Source: a virus (taxonomy: Duplodnaviria > Caudoviricetes). From it: a DNA stretch of 26,605 bases. Positions within the stretch are counted from its first letter, which is position 1; each line of letters starts with the position of its first letter. Under the pieces are notes generated by a model that made no database searches, had not been told where the DNA came from, and was given only the letters and a program-made list of their open reading frames with translations. Positions 25,147 to 26,605 of this stretch are shown one piece after another. Location of the stretch: the IMG/VR virus record IMGVR_UViG_3300027367_000010, positions 1 through 26,605 of that record; one strand, given 5' to 3'. Position numbers and translations under genes: made by a program.

Positions 25147-25662
25147 CTAGGTTTTACGCACCATCTCCAAGTATTGTGTATTATCCTTCGTGGTAATGCG
25201 CTTATCTACACTAAAGTTCAAGAATATATATTCCAAATCAATCGAACGATCAGTTTCTTCTTCTGTATCAAAAATAGTCAGATAAAACTTATCAATCGAA
25301 TCAATGGCAGTATATATCAAACTGGAACCACCGATGAAGTATGCGTCATCCATACCCGAAATAATCTTGACTCGATGTAAATTGGAGTCGAGGTAATCAA
25401 TGATAGATGCTGTGGTCCATTTCTCATCATATGTATCTTTATTCAAATTATTTCGATCCGATACTACGACATTGAACCGTCCAGGTAAAGGACCGTTTAA
25501 TGATTCCCAAGTCCCAGAACCCATCACCACAACGCTACCGGTAGTTAACTCTCTAAATCGAGCCATATCACGCGCATGATCATCGGTATAAATTTTCCAG
25601 GGTAGGCGTCCTTCAAATCCATATCCACCCAACTTATTCACTGCCATTATTCCATAATTCAT
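25147..25662 (-). CDS. frd: Dihydrofolate reductase
   Basis: GRLPW, DMARFRELT, VVMGSGTWESL, PLPGRFNVVVS, FIGG. Confidence 0.93.
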   Translation of the reverse strand: MNYGIMAVNKLGGYGFEGRLPWKIYTDDHARDMARFRELTTGSVVVMGSGTWESLNGPLPGRFNVVVSDRNNLNKDTYDEKWTTASIIDYLDSNLHRVKIISGMDDAYFIGGSSLIYTAIDSIDKFYLTIFDTEEETDRSIDLEYIFLNFSVDKRITTKDNTQYLEMVRKT

Positions 25663-25671
25663 AATACTCTC

Positions 25672-26604
25672 CTAAAAATTAAAACTACCAAAGTCAGATG
25701 CTGGTGCCTTTCCTGGAACGAATACATCGATATTATCAGATGCCTTACCGCGAGGTTCAGATGATAAACCTGCCGTTGGCTGATCACAATCAAAGAACTT
25801 CATCTTCGCTCGATCTACACCTAAATTGAACTTTGGCATATCACCTGGATCTGAGTATCTATTTTTAAGCTGTTTTACAACAACTTGATTCATTCTCTTT
25901 AACTCGTCTGTCGCAATCAAAGCGAACATCAGATCGGCTGTTGCTGGTAGACCAAAAGATTCAGATACATTGGTCAAGTCAACATCACTATTACCATATC
26001 CTTCGCGGTTGGTTTGAGTCGCAGTAATTACCGGAACATCAAATTCAATCGCCAATCCACGCAATTCTTCCGCAATAGATTTAACCAATGTATATGAATT
26101 GACGTTACCATTATTCTTCATTCGAGCACTTGCACATATATTTAGATAGTCTACAAAAATGACATCTGGCTTCATATTCTGCTTATGCTTCAACTCATTT
26201 AATAAGTGTCTGAAGTGACCTACATGACATGAGCCTGTAGGATATTCTTTAATTACCAATCGGCCTTGAGTTTTGGCCTTGATCTTATCTACCTTACTTA
26301 TAAACATATCACGTGACATATTTTCAATATCATTCAATGGAACATTAAATAAATTCGCATCGATACGTTCTGCAATCTTTATCTCAGCCATTTCCGCTGT
26401 AATGTAAAGTACGTCATGTCCCATTTTCAGAGCCGATGCTGCAGAATGACACATAAACATACTTTTGCCAACACCAGTTCCTGCGAGGATTACTGTTAAC
26501 GTTTTCCGGACATAACCGCCTTTGGTTATTCTATTGATCATTTCGAGATCGCTAGGAATTTTCGCTACTTCAAGATTGTAGTATTCATGACGCTCTACAG
26601 CATC
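25672..26604 (-). CDS. T4 gp41-like replicative helicase (5' part outside the window)
   Basis: LAGTGVGKS, YITAEM, IKEYPT, IFVDYLNI, IAEELRGLA, SESFGLPATAD, QLKNRY; the frame is open to the window edge. Confidence 0.95.
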   Translation of the reverse strand, partial: DAVERHEYYNLEVAKIPSDLEMINRITKGGYVRKTLTVILAGTGVGKSMFMCHSAASALKMGHDVLYITAEMAEIKIAERIDANLFNVPLNDIENMSRDMFISKVDKIKAKTQGRLVIKEYPTGSCHVGHFRHLLNELKHKQNMKPDVIFVDYLNICASARMKNNGNVNSYTLVKSIAEELRGLAIEFDVPVITATQTNREGYGNSDVDLTNVSESFGLPATADLMFALIATDELKRMNQVVVKQLKNRYSDPGDMPKFNLGVDRAKMKFFDCDQPTAGLSSEPRGKASDNIDVFVPGKAPASDFGSFNF

Positions 26605-26605
26605 T

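Noticed and set aside
13-25380. Numerous plus-strand ORFs in the track (e.g. 13-273, 2453-2770, 4986-5438, 6405-6812, 15678-16049, 23185-23634)
   Set aside because: They are antisense shadows of well-supported minus-strand genes with no recognisable motifs; only 7183-7467 has its own promoter, RBS and free space.
1-26605. tRNA or other structured RNA genes
   Set aside because: Intergenic gaps are short and none showed a cloverleaf or T-loop pattern by eye; a tRNAscan/Infernal run would be needed to exclude them formally.

Overview
AT-rich segment of a T4-like (myovirus-type) phage genome, with almost every gene on the minus strand. Right to left it carries the gp41-type helicase (partial), DHFR, and a late-promoter block of probable head-packaged proteins: a PD-(D/E)xK-like protein, a KxDG ligase-fold protein, a cytidyltransferase-like enzyme with a degenerate paralogue, and acidic core-like proteins. 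Next come a holin-like protein, class II RNR (nrdJ), glutaredoxin, a GIY-YIG protein, RNase H, PhoH, exonuclease, a ClpP-like protease and thyA. An accessory region is punctuated by repeated sigma70 promoter/terminator cassettes. Main highlights: (1) the ligase-fold gene is interrupted at codon 20 by CTT-TGA-CTA (Leu-stop-Leu) inside a hairpin, right behind a homing-endonuclease-like remnant and a duplicated N-terminus, which is a candidate programmed stop-hop reminiscent of T4 mobA/gene 60; (2) an intact secreted tetraheme cytochrome resembling the Geobacter nanowire protein OmcE; (3) a set of capsid-targeting-like leaders, including orphan ones; (4) a lone plus-strand gene with a PEP-CTERM-like tail. 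Family assignments come from motif recognition by eye, not database searches.
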